Assembly: GCA_964057225.1 (NCBI GenBank)
Contig: OZ059898.1
Span: 15,190,001-15,254,000, forward strand
DNA: 64,000 nucleotides
Source: Auanema rhodensis
Lineage: Eukaryota > Animalia > Nematoda
Direction of reading: 5' to 3'
The position numbers were made by a program, and so were the translations under genes. Numbering within the stretch: position 1 is the stretch's first letter; the number at the start of each line of letters is the position of its first letter. The notes beneath the pieces were generated by a model. The model was not told the DNA's origin. It did no database searches and saw only the letters and a program-made list of their open reading frames with translations. Below, in pieces: positions 27,873 to 42,621 of this stretch.

Positions 27873-28877
27873 TACATATATAGTTATATGAATAATAAAT
27901 TATAATATTAAAAACAAAAAAAACTAATTAGTTGACAAGTTAACCAACATCTATGTTGCTATTGATCACTAAAAGTTTAAGAAGCATGCGATCATACATA
28001 CTGAAAGATGTAGTTGTTGCTCTTCAATAGACAACGGATGAAGGCAGATAATGAGAGAAGTTGAGCTAAAAAGTATTTCTGGAAGAATCTGATAAGGGAA
28101 ATCAAGAATATTCTTTGAATAGATTGTAAAGCTGGGCATGATGATCCAACACATTCACGCCGATTAACTTGTAATATTAGCCGATTATGAAGCATTGAGA
28201 CGACGAGGAAGCTTAAGCTTAATATGGTTTGAAGCCAAATTAAGCTGGAGTGACTGAAAGAGAGATGAAAAGAAGTAAAGAGAAAGAGAGCTAGAGAGAT
28301 GGAAAGAGAAACTAATAGATTTCGATGGGTTAGCTAAGTGTTAGCTCACCATTATGAGATTCGTTGAAACGTGAGAATACATGTTTCACAATTTGTTCAT
28401 AATGAGCATTTACTTGGATAGACTATATGTCATTAGAAACAATGAAAATAAATTAAAAAATATTTTAAAGTTGGTACGAAAGGAAGAGAAACAAATTAAA
28501 AAAAAAATTTCGAACAGAGGGAAGTAGTAGACGAGAAAGTGAATAGTTGCAGCTTTCAATTTTCCCACACCTTCCCCTCCCCTTTATCTCACCTTTATCT
28601 CTTACTCTCTTTCTCTCTCTCTCTTTCATTCTCTTACTCTCTCGCTCTCCAAATTTCTTTCAATTTCTGAATATAAATCTATATTTGGCATTTTTGTTAT
28701 AAAATTAGTAGAAATCCATGTATTCATGAGCTTATTAAATTTTTTTTTCCTGTCTCAATTGACAATTGTTAGAATTGCGTAACACATGTATATATATATA
28801 TGTGCACATGTTATCATGAACTTCACCTCATTGCTAGGATTTAAATAGAAAGAAGAAAAAGAGGAAAAAGGAAATAA

Positions 28878-28909
<32 letters not shown>

Positions 28910-29650
28910 GCAGAGAATTAAGGACAAAAGCAAAACCGAAAGAACTGCAAGCAACAACGAATGCAATCAAAATCGGAAAGATAATTTGAAAAAAAAACGA
29001 TGATGATTATTATAATTCATATTGAGATCCGATTGATTGAGTGATATTGAAATACAAAAGAAAAAAATAATTTATTTTATCTCTAGTTTGATGTATGTGT
29101 TATGTGAGACAAAAATATAAATTGTACAGAAGAAATGGTTAAGAGTATCATCATGTATATCATCTGATGAGATCATATGTGATTGAATTAAAGTTTTTAA
29201 TAAAAAGAAATGAATAAATAACAAAGAATACGATTACTATTCATTAAAATCATAATAATATAATACTAATATCATATGATTAGAGATATACTTATCATAT
29301 TTCTATAGAATATGTTGTAATAAAGAATTTTTTTTATAATTCAATGAAAACATAACTGCTTTTTCTTCTGGAAAAATTGATATAAATTCTTGTAAATATT
29401 ATATAGTTAGATAGATAGATAGATATAGAGAAATATGATCAGAAAGATCTCAGGTGAATCATCTTATCTTTTGGATTGACCATAGAGGCTAACTAAGTGC
29501 AGATGAAGTAACGGAGTGAAATGTATCAAATTCATTGTACTCTTGATTACTTTCTTTGAAACTTTGAAAATTTTCTCATTGAATTTAATAGAGTAGAGAG
29601 TCTGTTTTCGTATTTGTCAGTAAGATATAGCAGTAGTTGATGTGTATAAC

Positions 29651-29688
<38 letters not shown>

Positions 29689-30390
29689 TTTATTGGAGAA
29701 AAGAAGATGTGTATGGAGTTAGAGTAAAGACAAGACGAACATGATTAGAATGTTAAGGAATATGTTATGAATGAAAAAAAAAGATAAAAAGTAAACGACT
29801 AGGCTATAGATGAAGACCTATAACAGGAACAGGAAAAGAGCTCAGCAGAGAAAAAGAGAAATAAAGGAAGAGAGATTGAGAGAGAAAGAGATAGAGTGAG
29901 AGAGAGAGAGAGAGACAGAGGGAGAGAAATAGAGAGAAGTCCTGATATGGATGATAATAACTCGTAAATAAAACGATGTTGAGCAGGTACGGCTGAAACA
30001 CTTGTGAAATAATGGATTAAGATGGTTAATAACAATTTTTTATTGGTTTGGGTTCAATCTCTTTGTAATTTTTGATATTAAAATAATAATTATTGTTTAT
30101 ATATTCTTAACATTATCTTAAATATATATGTGTTGTCATGTTATATACTATACATATATTTGAATAATATATATATAATATATTTATAAATATATTATAT
30201 AATATATATATATATATAGTATAAAGTTGGAATATAATACTGTTTCCAATTCAAAAGTACATTATATTATTTAAATCAATTCTTTGTAAAGCAGATGTAT
30301 TAGTCTATAATACACTTGAACTCTTTTTCTTCATTATCATATGATGTGATTGAATAACATGAGCATTCACACCTAAATTCATCTTATCTA

Positions 30391-30624
30391 CACGTACACG
30401 CACACGTACACGTTCACATACATGTTCACGTACATGTTCACGTACACGTTCACGTACACGTACACGCACACGTACACGTACACGTTCACATACATGTTCA
30501 CGTACATGTTCACGTACACGTTCACGTACACGTTCACGTACATGTTCACGTACACGTTCACGTACATGTTCACGTACATGTTCACGTACACGTATCCCTC
30601 GACATTCACGTACATATTCACGTA
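30391..30624. repeat. Hexamer/12-mer minisatellite (CACGTA alternating with CAYGTT)
   Basis: 39 hexamer units stay in register and about 19 are exact CACGTA. An internal higher-order duplication is visible. Confidence 0.95.
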
Positions 30625-31175
30625 ACTAAAGTTTTAGTTTTATTTAAATATGTAAATGATGATCGGTTGTTTGTTATTTAGAATATTTGCAGACAAATAA
30701 ATTAATATTCTGAATTGGTATATACAAGTAAAAGAATTCATTTGGATAGTCATATTGGTCAATCATTGCATTAAATTGTCATTAAGCAAATGAAAAAAAA
30801 TTAAGTTTAAAGAAATTGAATTAAACAAATAGTAATAGAAGCTTTCTTTCTTTTTCTTTTTTTTTTGATTGAAAAAAAATATTTTATAGTATAAAGTATT
30901 GTAATATATAAAATAATATAATAAATTAGTTATAATAAATATATTGATTTCAAATAAAAAAAAATAAGAAAAATCAAAATAATTCATCAAAAATAGTTTA
31001 TAAAGAACTTATTTGATTCATATATGTATGTATAACTAAATGTATATTGAATACTGTAATACTGAGATGTATTGTGTGTATGTATGTTGATGAGGAAATT
31101 GGAAAAATGAGGTTTGTGGATATGAAATTTTTTAAATATCTTCAAAAGAATTCAATAAAAGATAAAGATAAAGAT

Positions 31176-31216
<41 letters not shown>

Positions 31217-31496
31217 CACAGCAATAGTTTGTTGTTAAAACTTGAAGAAACATGATGTGCAAGTCTTTTGTATCTCTCTGCAAATCTTGCTCCTAAGTTC
31301 TACAGCTTAATTATTCATGTTATCTAGCAAATAAACTTCAAAAAATGTTTTTTTTTTTGTTGTTCAATATGTATAGGTCTCTGAACGTTGATCCTACAAC
31401 AGTTAGAAATTCAAAAGAAACTTTTTTATTTTTAGCAGTGGAATATACTTTGGTTCTAACGCTTTTTGACTTCAACTGAGTAGATGCTTATTCTAG

Positions 31497-31532
<36 letters not shown>

Positions 31533-32795
31533 ATTATTAAAAATAAATAAGTCTTTGTTGAATAAATAAGTGAAAAACGACATACATAGGTGACTGATAA
31601 ATGAAAAGCTAAAGCAATGTTTTCGGTTATTGTTTCGTCACTTAGTTATATCGTATACGTTAACATACATCAGCATTTAGTAAAATCAACAAAAAACATG
31701 AAACAATGAGATAAAATGAGAAGAAGAGAGTGAAGAAGGAAGGGAGAGCGTATAGAGAGGTAAGGTGAGAAGATAAAGCTTTTAAGAGATTGTGCTGATT
31801 GGGAACGATGGGATGTTGCAGCGTAATGGCATTCAGGAAGATACGTAATAACTGAGATGGGCTCTGAGCCTTGTTTGATTAGCTCAATTGAAAAATAATA
31901 AAATGAAATTGAACACTAAATTCTGCAGAATGGCTACTCTTCTTCTGATTTGATTTTAAGCCTGATTCTAATGAGGAAAGACAAACTACAAGATAAGGTC
32001 ATGCAACTTAGTTGAACGGAAAGAACTATTTGTTTCTGAGCCAGACGACCTAACGATCGGTCCATCGAGGCATTTCAGAATTGAAAACAATTGGTAAAAC
32101 TATTTGTGAAATGAAACAAGCGACAAGATAGATATAGTATAAGTCTAAAAGAGGAGGATGAATAAATGAGAGCTGAGTCTAAGTGCTGGTAGTAAGAATT
32201 TGTTTGGTGACAATGAGTCCAAAAGAATCTAATGAACCACACAAAAACATTAAGAGCTATGTGAAATAGAGAGAAATAGAGGAAGAGACAGATAGGGAAT
32301 GAGATATATATAGAGAGAGATAAGGGAGATTAGAGAGAGGAATGCATTGAGAGTCTTGAAATAATGGAATCAGAAGACTGAGATGAGCAAAAAACGGTCA
32401 CGAAGTTGAAGCAGAAAGCTAATTAGAGTCATTTGGATTATATATGCCGTAAGCTGAAAAAATTAGCAACAACATTTGGAGTAGAGAAAAGAGGTAGAAG
32501 AAGCAGAAAAATGAGGAGGAAGCTGTGATCGTTACTGATGAACTCAGGGTTCGTTCTGCTCCCCCTGTCTCCGTGTCCTAATCATCAGCATCGTCATTGT
32601 CCATCATTTTTTTGCTCAGAGATATGAAGACAGTGCAGCAATAAAATGGTGAAAGTGTAGTTAAGAACATAATGTTATTCATGAAATTACTTTAAAACGA
32701 AGAGAATAAAAAAGAAAATTGTGAGGATGTGTAAGAGAGTAGAGGATAAGACATGGTTGGTGAAATGGTTGAGGACGATAAAAGGAAAAAGAGAC

Positions 32796-32845
<50 letters not shown>

Positions 32846-33273
32846 GTATAAATATATAAGAAAATGTGAAAAGTAGAGAAAAAGTACGATAAGATGAATG
32901 TCGTATTCTCAAAGAAATAACATTTATTAAGAAAATGCAAGAATAAAAATGGATAAACTATATACATATAGTTAGTTAGATTTCTTTCTTCTTTCATATA
33001 TTCCAAATTGATTATTTGGGAATAAAGCAAAAAAAAGTTTTCTCTCTTTTTTTTGACAGAGGAAAAGCTTGTGTGAAGAAAAGGGAAAGATCTTTTCCGT
33101 TCTCTGTTCCGTTTTTGTTGAGCTGCTGGACAGATCATAGAGATGACAATAAGCTCATATTAAAGCTTAGAAAAGTGTTCATAAAAGGTTTTGGATGATA
33201 CAAATATTGGAAAAAGGGCTTGACTGATATACATACATATTCAGATTGGAGGGAGAAGAAGAAAGAGATAGAG

Positions 33274-33324
<51 letters not shown>

Positions 33325-34148
33325 GGGGGAGGGAAAATCATGAAGGAATTCTGTTGATAGCTCAAGCTTTCAGTTGATGATGATGGTCATGCTCACGCTC
33401 GCAATAAGTTTTAAGCTGTCTCCCACTTTTCCTGTGTAGTAGCTGTTTCTTTTTGTTTCATAGTTAACAATAAGTTTGACATATAGATAGATATAACAAG
33501 ATATATAGTTAGTTAGAAAATATTTTGAAGGAATGGCTTATCATGATGTATTTGATCTACGATGCTATTATTATTGAATTTAAAATAGAAATTCATATAA
33601 GATCATAAGTATGAAAAGATTATAGTAGCTTAAAACATTTAGAAAAAGAAAAGGTTGTCTTAAAGAAATGAAGAAAACTTTGTATCCGGTACATAGTAAA
33701 AATCATATTTTTCCTTATTTTCCAGAATGAAAATCAAAAAAAAGCATAAAAAGTAATAAAAACGACTTCATATACATGTAGTTGATCTCGTTAAATCTCA
33801 TTAAAGGTTTCACGAATCTGAGACTTCATGAATCCATATAAACAGCCACTGCTGAAAATGATTCTGAAGTTTGAAAGAAAATGAAATGATGCCACACATC
33901 AATTCCATGCAACCCCTTCTTTCTTTCCTTTTCCTGTCATACAGTAGTATTTAAGATTGCAGAAGAAAATACAGAAGAAAAGTGGTAGAAAGATAGGAAA
34001 ACACAAAAAAAAAAACAAAAAATGTGGATGAGGAACTGAGGAAAATATATTTTTCTTGGAATCTAATTATATACATTTCAGCGTATAAGTCTTCGAACTT
34101 ATGAAGAAATAAGAAAAAGAAGGGCGAGAGAGAAAGAGAGGGGGGAAC

Positions 34149-34212
<64 letters not shown>

Positions 34213-36422
34213 TGTGATATTCAGAGAACCAGGATATTGATAGAAACAAAGCAAAGAAATATAATAGATTGAAAAAGTCTTAAAATCATCTAATAATAAC
34301 GGAAATCATCTAATGTGGTGAGAAGTTTCTAAATATAAATTTGTGCAGATTACTTATTAATCTCGAAACATACCAACGTCATCTCCTTAATATTCTGAAG
34401 TAGTGGGAGAGAAGTTTGGATGCAAGCGATATCGTGGGACATCAGTCATCATGAAGTCCGACTCTACAGCGATAAAGCAAAGTTTGGAAAGAAGCCTTGT
34501 GACTCTATCTGTAGCTTCAACTACACGAAAAACATTGGCAGATGTTGAAGTACTTGATATCAGTGTATGATCATTGTCCGTACAAAGCGTCACACACACA
34601 CACATATACACACAAATTCAATGAAAAGCCATGCTTTATGAGGGAAATGAAGTTTTATTGAAACCATAAGATATCTTAAAGTCAGAAAAGCTAATGTATT
34701 CTAGTCTAAAGCTGTCACATCTTGATTTGCTTAAGCCAAGAAATAAAAAGAAAAGTAAGTAAAACTAGTAATTTTTCAAAAAAAAAAAAACATCTTTGAC
34801 AGAAATTGGACGACGACAACAGATTAGATAGATGATGTGCATGACATGGTCAAGTGTGCCACATCTGGCCACATTCTTAGAGAAAGAGCAAAAAATAAAC
34901 TTTCCATTGTGACTAAAAAAAAAAAGAAAGAAAAGAGATGAAAGATGAAAGATAGTTTTTACTCTTTGAACAAATCAATTTTTCTTTAATTTTCAGAAGA
35001 TAAATAGAATATTATATTATATAGATTAATAGTGTATCTTAAGATTAATCCTGAAAACCAAAAAAAAAGTTTTATTTTTAGGAAAAATGAGATAGAAATT
35101 AGCTCGAAAGGATTTGTTAGATAGATAGATAGATAGACAACACCTTATACATATAGATAGATAGATAGATAGATAGATGTATACATGTTATACGTTTCGA
35201 AAACTATGGAAAAACAAAGGAAAATATTCTTTTCTCCTTATTTATTTAGAAGAATTGTCAATTTCTTTTCACTCACTCACTACTCACTACTCTTTCCTTC
35301 TTCTTATTGCTGAAGTTGGAGCTGAAGCCCATGTGCTGATAAACCTCAAAATCTTACAGCTATGAGTCCAAAACACACATAAAGAGAAAGGAAAATGTAT
35401 GTAAGCCATTCTATATGTATATACGTTTTGTCTTCTTCTTCTTCTTCTTCGTTTTTTTATTTTTTTTTAATTTTCAAAAGGATATTTGATGAAAAATCTC
35501 CAAATTAACCAATCTGCTCTAGTGACTAGCTAACATTCTATTTCTTCTTTTCATGTATTATAACAATTAGATTGAATGCCATCAATCTATAGCAAATCCA
35601 GCGGATCAGAGATCAGACACGAGTACTGAAGACAACGACGACGCCGACGTTAGATGTTCCAGCACGCTTTTGACTATTTTTTTTTATTTCCGATCGTCCA
35701 CTATTTGTATTAAGTGCAAAAATACAATTTTTTTTCTTTTGTGATTTTGGCAACAAAAAAGGCAAAAAGTTCATTTTATCTAGAAGATGAGAAAGAAAAA
35801 TATTTTTTTTTCAAAAAAAAAAATGAAATCTCTGTACATCTCTCTCTCTCTCTCTCTCTCATCTTTTTCTCTTTTTTTCCTGTCTCTCCTCCTATCCTCC
35901 CAAAATTTAGTGTTTTAAAATTAAAAATAAAAACATGAAAGATTAAAATAAATTTAATTTATTAATTAATCTTAATCTTCAAATAAAATATTTTTTTTCA
36001 AAAAAAAAAAAAAAGATTTTTTTCTGATTTTTTAAAGGTTTAATGATCACAAAAAATAATATTGTTTGCTATAGCACATGTAGTATCAACTTTTGAAATT
36101 CTTAGTCTCATTCTTTAATCATTTTTACATTTTCGTTGCACGCATGGCTAGGTAAATGCTCAAAAAACGTATTAGTATCCAAAGGAAGTCAGATTAATGC
36201 TTTGAATTTGAGAACATGATCAAAAGAAAAAAAATGGAAAGAAAAAGAAATTATGAGAGAAGAGAAGGAAAAAATGTTTTTTTTTTTGTAAATGAATGAA
36301 ATCAAAAAAAAAGTTAAAAATATATATATTATGAGATATAAAATAGTTTGTGATTACTATGTTGTAGTAATAATAATCGAAATATAATTTTATTGGGCAT
36401 TTCCAGCTCTCTTTTCACTATT

Positions 36423-36481
<59 letters not shown>

Positions 36482-37022
36482 GGTGAGAGGAAGGGGAGAG
36501 TATAAGGTTCAACAAGAGAATAGAACTAACATAATATATTTAAAGTTATAATCAAGCAAAAACAATGCTTTAGACGTTTGAAAATGGTCGTTTTTGTCTG
36601 AAAGATGTTGTTTTTCATATTTGAAAATACAAGAAATGTGGAGCTTGCCCCTGCCCCTGGTTACTATGCTGTGTTGGTTCACCAATCGTCTCAACAGCAC
36701 ACTCGCAGCTAGAGTACAGATGAGAGTACGGTTTGATGGAGATTATGAAACATTAAGAACTTAATGTTGCAAATAATGCTGCGGTGACCAGCATAAAAGA
36801 AACATAAAAAGGAAAATCATGTCAGTTAGCTTTGCTAAAAACATTGCGATTATGTGTGCAAATGAGTTTTTGAGAGTCTCAATCGCTATTTTTTCTATTT
36901 TTCCTATTAAACAACTAAAATAAGAAGAATATTGTATATATGAAATACTAGAACTATCATTCTTTCATCTATATGTATACAGAAAAGGTTTTATTATTGT
37001 AAAAGAAGATATACATATAGAT

Positions 37023-37061
<39 letters not shown>

Positions 37062-37569
37062 GGGAGAGAAATGAGTCTAGACAGAGAAATAGAGAGAGAC
37101 AAAGTTCATTTGTGACTGTAGTTTAGCAACTTAATCAACTTTAGTTCAATAGGTTCCAAAGGAAAAAAAATGTTTTTTCATTGTTGATCGTTTACAAGAT
37201 GAATTTATGCATAGCACATGTATACTATTATTAAATTAGATATTTTTTCGATGAAAGAAAATGAAAAACTGAGAAAATAGTTGGTTGAGAAACACATTGA
37301 TATACAACAATTGGATCATATACATGGATACTTTCTGATCTTTTAATAGAAATTAGCTTTGATAAGGGCTTATAATGAAGAAAACAAAATGTTTTCTACA
37401 TTATGGATTATAAAACTCTCTCTCTCTCTCTCTCTCGATCTCGAGTACTTCAACTAGCTGTCCATTTACTATTCACACGATGGATACATGTAGACTAACA
37501 GAACATGAACATACTATATGTATATATTAATAGACAGAGGATAAGTGATATGAAGAAAGTTTCTAAGAT

Positions 37570-37624
<55 letters not shown>

Positions 37625-38764
37625 AAACAGAAAATCATGAATTAGAGTTCTGATTATCTTCAAGTATCAGAAGCAAATAAGTAGGAATAGTAGGACTATA
37701 AGTATACGTGTTCATGAATAGTATGCCTGTTCAGCACTTATACATACATGTCTGGGAAGTACATGAGCTTACAGCTTGTAGTATATGTATGTATATACTA
37801 CATATCTATCTGTATATATATATTCTATAACTCATAATAATATCTTAATTATATCATATAGTTATAATTGCTTTAACACAACATATATACTAGATAGAAC
37901 ATATACAAACGTGCTGATTGGCTTTGTTCTGAGTGAGAGAATATGAAGATGAAGAAGGAAGAAGAAGAAGAAGAAGAAGAGTGAACAAGAAGAAGAAGAT
38001 GATGATGATGATGATGATGATGATGAATGATGTTAAGCTTAAAATGCCTTTTTACAAGTTTTATTCTGCAATCTTCGGATTTATTTTGTTATTTTTGTGA
38101 AAAAGGAACTTTTTTTTTAAATTTCAATTTCAATATACATACACATCTACAGAGTTTTGTCCACAAAAAAAAGATTTTAGAATAACATCTTCTATAGAAT
38201 TTTCAGTTTCAGAACACAGAAACACGAGACATCATTCACTTTTTTAGTTATTCTCTTTCTAAAAAATAAAAATTTTCTTTTTTTTTATTGAAAAAAAAAA
38301 TGAAAAATTTCCTCATTGTATGATGATGATGAAAGAATAAACTTCCTCTTCACATCTGTTTTCAAATAAGATTTTCTTCTGATTAACTGGCTATAGATAG
38401 ATAGATAGATGTTTAAATATTTTCAAATTTAATTTAAAAAATAGAAAAAGGTAAAGATTATTTACTTTTTTCGATTTTTTTTGTTTATAATATTGAGGAA
38501 AATAAGAGAAAATGATAATGATGTTGTGATGTTTAAGTAAATTGAAGAGTTGGGAGACGTTAAAGCTCATAATTTTGATGATAATGTGACATCTGATAAG
38601 TTGAAATTTCAAAACAAGTTGAGTTCGAAAAAAATGAAACACAAGAGACAACAAAAAAATGAAAAATGAGATTTAGATTTTAAATAGCTGAAAGAAGTAG
38701 GCTTGAAAAAGCTATCGTAATATCAAAAAAGGCTTAAGTTGACAGTTAAAAAGAGCAGAAACTC

Positions 38765-38797
<33 letters not shown>

Positions 38798-39384
38798 GAA
38801 GGAAAAAACATATCTGAAGGAAGAAGATTAATGCTGTAATGATTGGAACATGAGTAAATGAACTATACTAAACTTAGAAAGAAGAATAGAAACCCACATT
38901 GAGCTAGCAAGCTCACAAAGCTTCTACACTGGATGCGCTAGTAATAGTGTCGCTGATAAACGTACAGATGCCAAAAACAAAAATATTTTAAGATTAGATG
39001 ACCTTTTGTATGAAAAATTAGAGGAAAAATGAATGAAATGAAAGAAAAGTAAGTTAGAATGCAATTTCATTGAATTTTAAATTTGAGCTTAATAAGCACA
39101 TTTGGATGTGAAAAACTAGAAAATGGTCGAAATTAGATCTTTCAGGCTATTTGTTTTTTGGAAGAAAATAAATATATTGAAGTTGAAGAAGGTAACTAAT
39201 ACGTTTATGATCTAAAGAAACAATTATCAGTTTGGATGTATTACTTGAAAAGTTCAAAAACGCTATGAGTACTTGAATTGAAAAAGAATTTTTTTATAAA
39301 TAGTATGATAGTATTAGATAAATTATATAACTAGTGATATGATATTGTGGCTCTTTTTTTTATTCTGAATATTTCAAAAAAGGG

Positions 39385-39423
<39 letters not shown>

Positions 39424-39780
39424 AGAGGGAGAGAGATAAAGAAAGAGAGAGAGAGAGAGAGTGCAAAATAGAGTGCAATAGGAACAGAGCTTAAAGAGGT
39501 TGAAGGAAGAGGAAGAAAGCGAATGGGGCAAAAAGTGAATTGGGAAAGAAAATACATGCAAGTAGCAAGGGATAGGAATAAGGAAGAAGAAGAGAAAATC
39601 AAAGATAGCTGATTAAGGGCGGAAGCTAATTTCAGTTGGTTATTTCACTTGACAGATCATGAGTTCTACGAAAATGAGTATTATAGAGTGAAGAGAAAGA
39701 AGCAAAAGATTTTATGAATATGAGAAGAACAATCTAATATCAAAAGGAAAGAAGAGATATAGAAAGAGTTTGGAATTGGC

Positions 39781-39821
<41 letters not shown>

Positions 39822-41588
39822 GAGGGTCAAGGAATAGGATGAGGTTACGATAAGTGTATGTACATATAATGATAATGTGTGCAACCATTCACATCCGAAT
39901 TATGTTTTTAAAATGAAATTTGAATAAACGTGAGAAACGTGATCATGTACATACACGTGTATATCCACGTATATACACGTGAATTACGTCATTTTAAATG
40001 AATAATAAACAGCACAATACAATCTGGCCAGTGGAAAAGCATAGGAAATGAAATGAAGAATGATATGGAGGCCAAACAAGGCGTTTAATGCTGCTGCAAA
40101 ATCCTTCAGTTATGCTTATACTAGTCAGTTGCAGCATTCTATTGCATCCAAATATCAATCTATCTATATCTATATAGATAGTTATATATATACAAATTAA
40201 GAAATCAGTAGATAAAATTAAAAATTATACTATATATGTATATATGATATAATATTTTTGAAAAAAAAATATATATAAGCAGATTAAATATGTACATATA
40301 GTTAATAGAATAATTTGATAATATTGATTATAATAAAAGTATAATAATCTTGTATTTTGATCTTATAAAAGACTATTTGATAGGATGGTTTAGATTATAT
40401 TTAATATAGAAATAGATTAAACATTATGCTTTATATACAAGAACTACAATTGATTTATATATATATAGTTAAGGAATATACATATAATGTACTTTTCAGA
40501 ATATAAAACAATTGATTCAATAGTTAACATAATAATCTTTGAGAAAAGATAAGACAATCTGTTCAGAAATACAATAAATAAATTGAAATCTATGTTCTAA
40601 AAGTAGGAAATGGAGGGATGTGAAGGAAACGGAGAGAACAGGGAAGAATGGAACACCACCTGCTTCCTGTATTATCAATGATATGGATGTTCATGTACTT
40701 CTTCTTCTTCCAACTTTAATATATCAGAGATCTAACGTCAAAGTATTTTGTTAACTTACAAGCTTAACAGCTTGAATTCATCAAAATCAAATTGTGTTAC
40801 AAGAGATGATTGACAAGCAAAAATTTGCGTTAGATACACATATGTGTGTGAATATTATGATTTCAAGCATCAAAAAGATATCATTTGAATCAGTATATTA
40901 TATAGATTATAGCTTTAAAAAAACATTTTATATATATATATTATAGTAAATATAACTGTAGTTTAAATGAATATTTTCATTTTTGAATGGAAAAAAGCTC
41001 ACCAAGACACTATTTTGTTCATCTTTGGTGAATGACAATGATTGGAATTTAACTAACTCTCTTTCTCAGATTCACATAATACTTTTCTATAATTTCACCG
41101 AAAAAGAAATCTTTTCTTCGTTGCGAGAAAAAAAAGTTTGAAGTTTTTGAAAAGTTGAAGATGAGCATGTTGAGAGGAACTAAAACGAGGTATGTAGAGC
41201 ATGGTTAAGCAGTCATCTATTGATGCTATGTGATGTGTGTCAAACGTGTAGACTGAGATCAAAACATCATTCTGAGCATTTAAAAATGGAATTTTTTAAT
41301 TTCAAAAAATAAAAAATATATAAAAAGCCATTAATTACATTGATTTTTCTTTTAAAATTATATGAAAATATTAGTATTAGATGGGAATAGTGTGTCTTCA
41401 GTGTCATTGAACCAAATTAGATAATTGGTACTATACACTGTTTTTATGAAAATTTTTGTTTTGTTTTTCTTACTAACTAATGGTGTTTATTGAAATTTAA
41501 CTTATTCTCAACTATATGTAAACTGATTCTCAAATTTGAAATATTTTTCCCTTCCTCAAGAGCAATATAGCAGCTGTTTTTTAATAGG

Positions 41589-42008
41589 AAAGCATGATTC
41601 TTGCCTTCAAAATCTTATCTACATCATGCTTGCTATCATCTTCCACTTTGCTTATTTTTCTGACTATCCTAGCCTAGTCTATGATGATGATCTTGAAGTA
41701 TCTTCAAGTTTGAACTCCGTGAATTTCAGCGTTTGCTCCCAATGGTCAGGTGCCAAGGATTCATTCGGGAGCATGTGGCTGCTTCAAAATTACTTGCTCA
41801 TGCTAATGAAGAATGCAGTACGAATAAAGAATTTTCAAAAATAAACGAAGTAGATCATGCGATTACTTCAGAATTTACTGAAATATTTACTCCAAAAATT
41901 CAAAAATGCACGAAGAATATTGCTCAAACTGATGATCATGATAGCATGATTCTCAACTACCTCGTATACATACTACTCATCAACCTCATATCATGTGGAT
42001 CTTTTTAA
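41589..42008 (+). other. Possible orphan coding exons ending in a hydrophobic C-terminal tail
   Basis: A TTTCAG acceptor at about 41729 is followed by an open frame RLLPMVRCQGFIREH...SMILNYLVYILLINLISCGSF*. An upstream open segment offers phase-0 GT donors. No start exon or homologue was recognised. Confidence 0.3.
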
Positions 42009-42583
42009 ATCGAAAAAAGTAGTTTCATCTGTTTACGAGTATTGTTTCTAAGAAAATTCACCAAAACTTAAGAGAAAGCAACATGTTGAAATGGAAAAAA
42101 GTGGAAAATCTCTTTGAAAAGAAACAAATTGACGAAATTCTGTGATCATTTGTATAGTTCAATACAAAAAAATTTTAAGTTTAATCGAAAGGTATTAAGG
42201 AAGTTTTATTAAAGCTGGAAAGACGACATGTCAAGTTTTGACGAGTTTTACTTGATTAAACTAAATTTATAAAAAAGTTCAATAAAATTCTTCTTTCTCT
42301 GATATGATTTTAATTCAAAAATATTTTAAAAACTTGAAAGAAAAGATAATTCATTTTATATTTCTTTAAAATAAAAAAAATAAGGTTGATGTTGATATTT
42401 AAACTAAAATAAAAAGAAATTCATGGAAAACAAACGTCTAAGTTGGCATCAGCCAGTTTGGTGAGAAAGTTCAATCGGCTTTATTCGGCAATATAAACAC
42501 TACAATTTTTGTATTTTTCATGAAACATTCTACCATCATAGTTGAGAAAAGGAAATAAAACGAGAGTTAAATAGTAAGTAAAT

Positions 42584-42621
<38 letters not shown>

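Noticed and set aside
30388-30625. ORFs MNMYVNV... and MFTYMFTY..., and a superficial CRISPR-like periodicity
   Set aside because: These are translations of a hexamer minisatellite. There are no unique spacers, no cas genes, and the context is eukaryotic.
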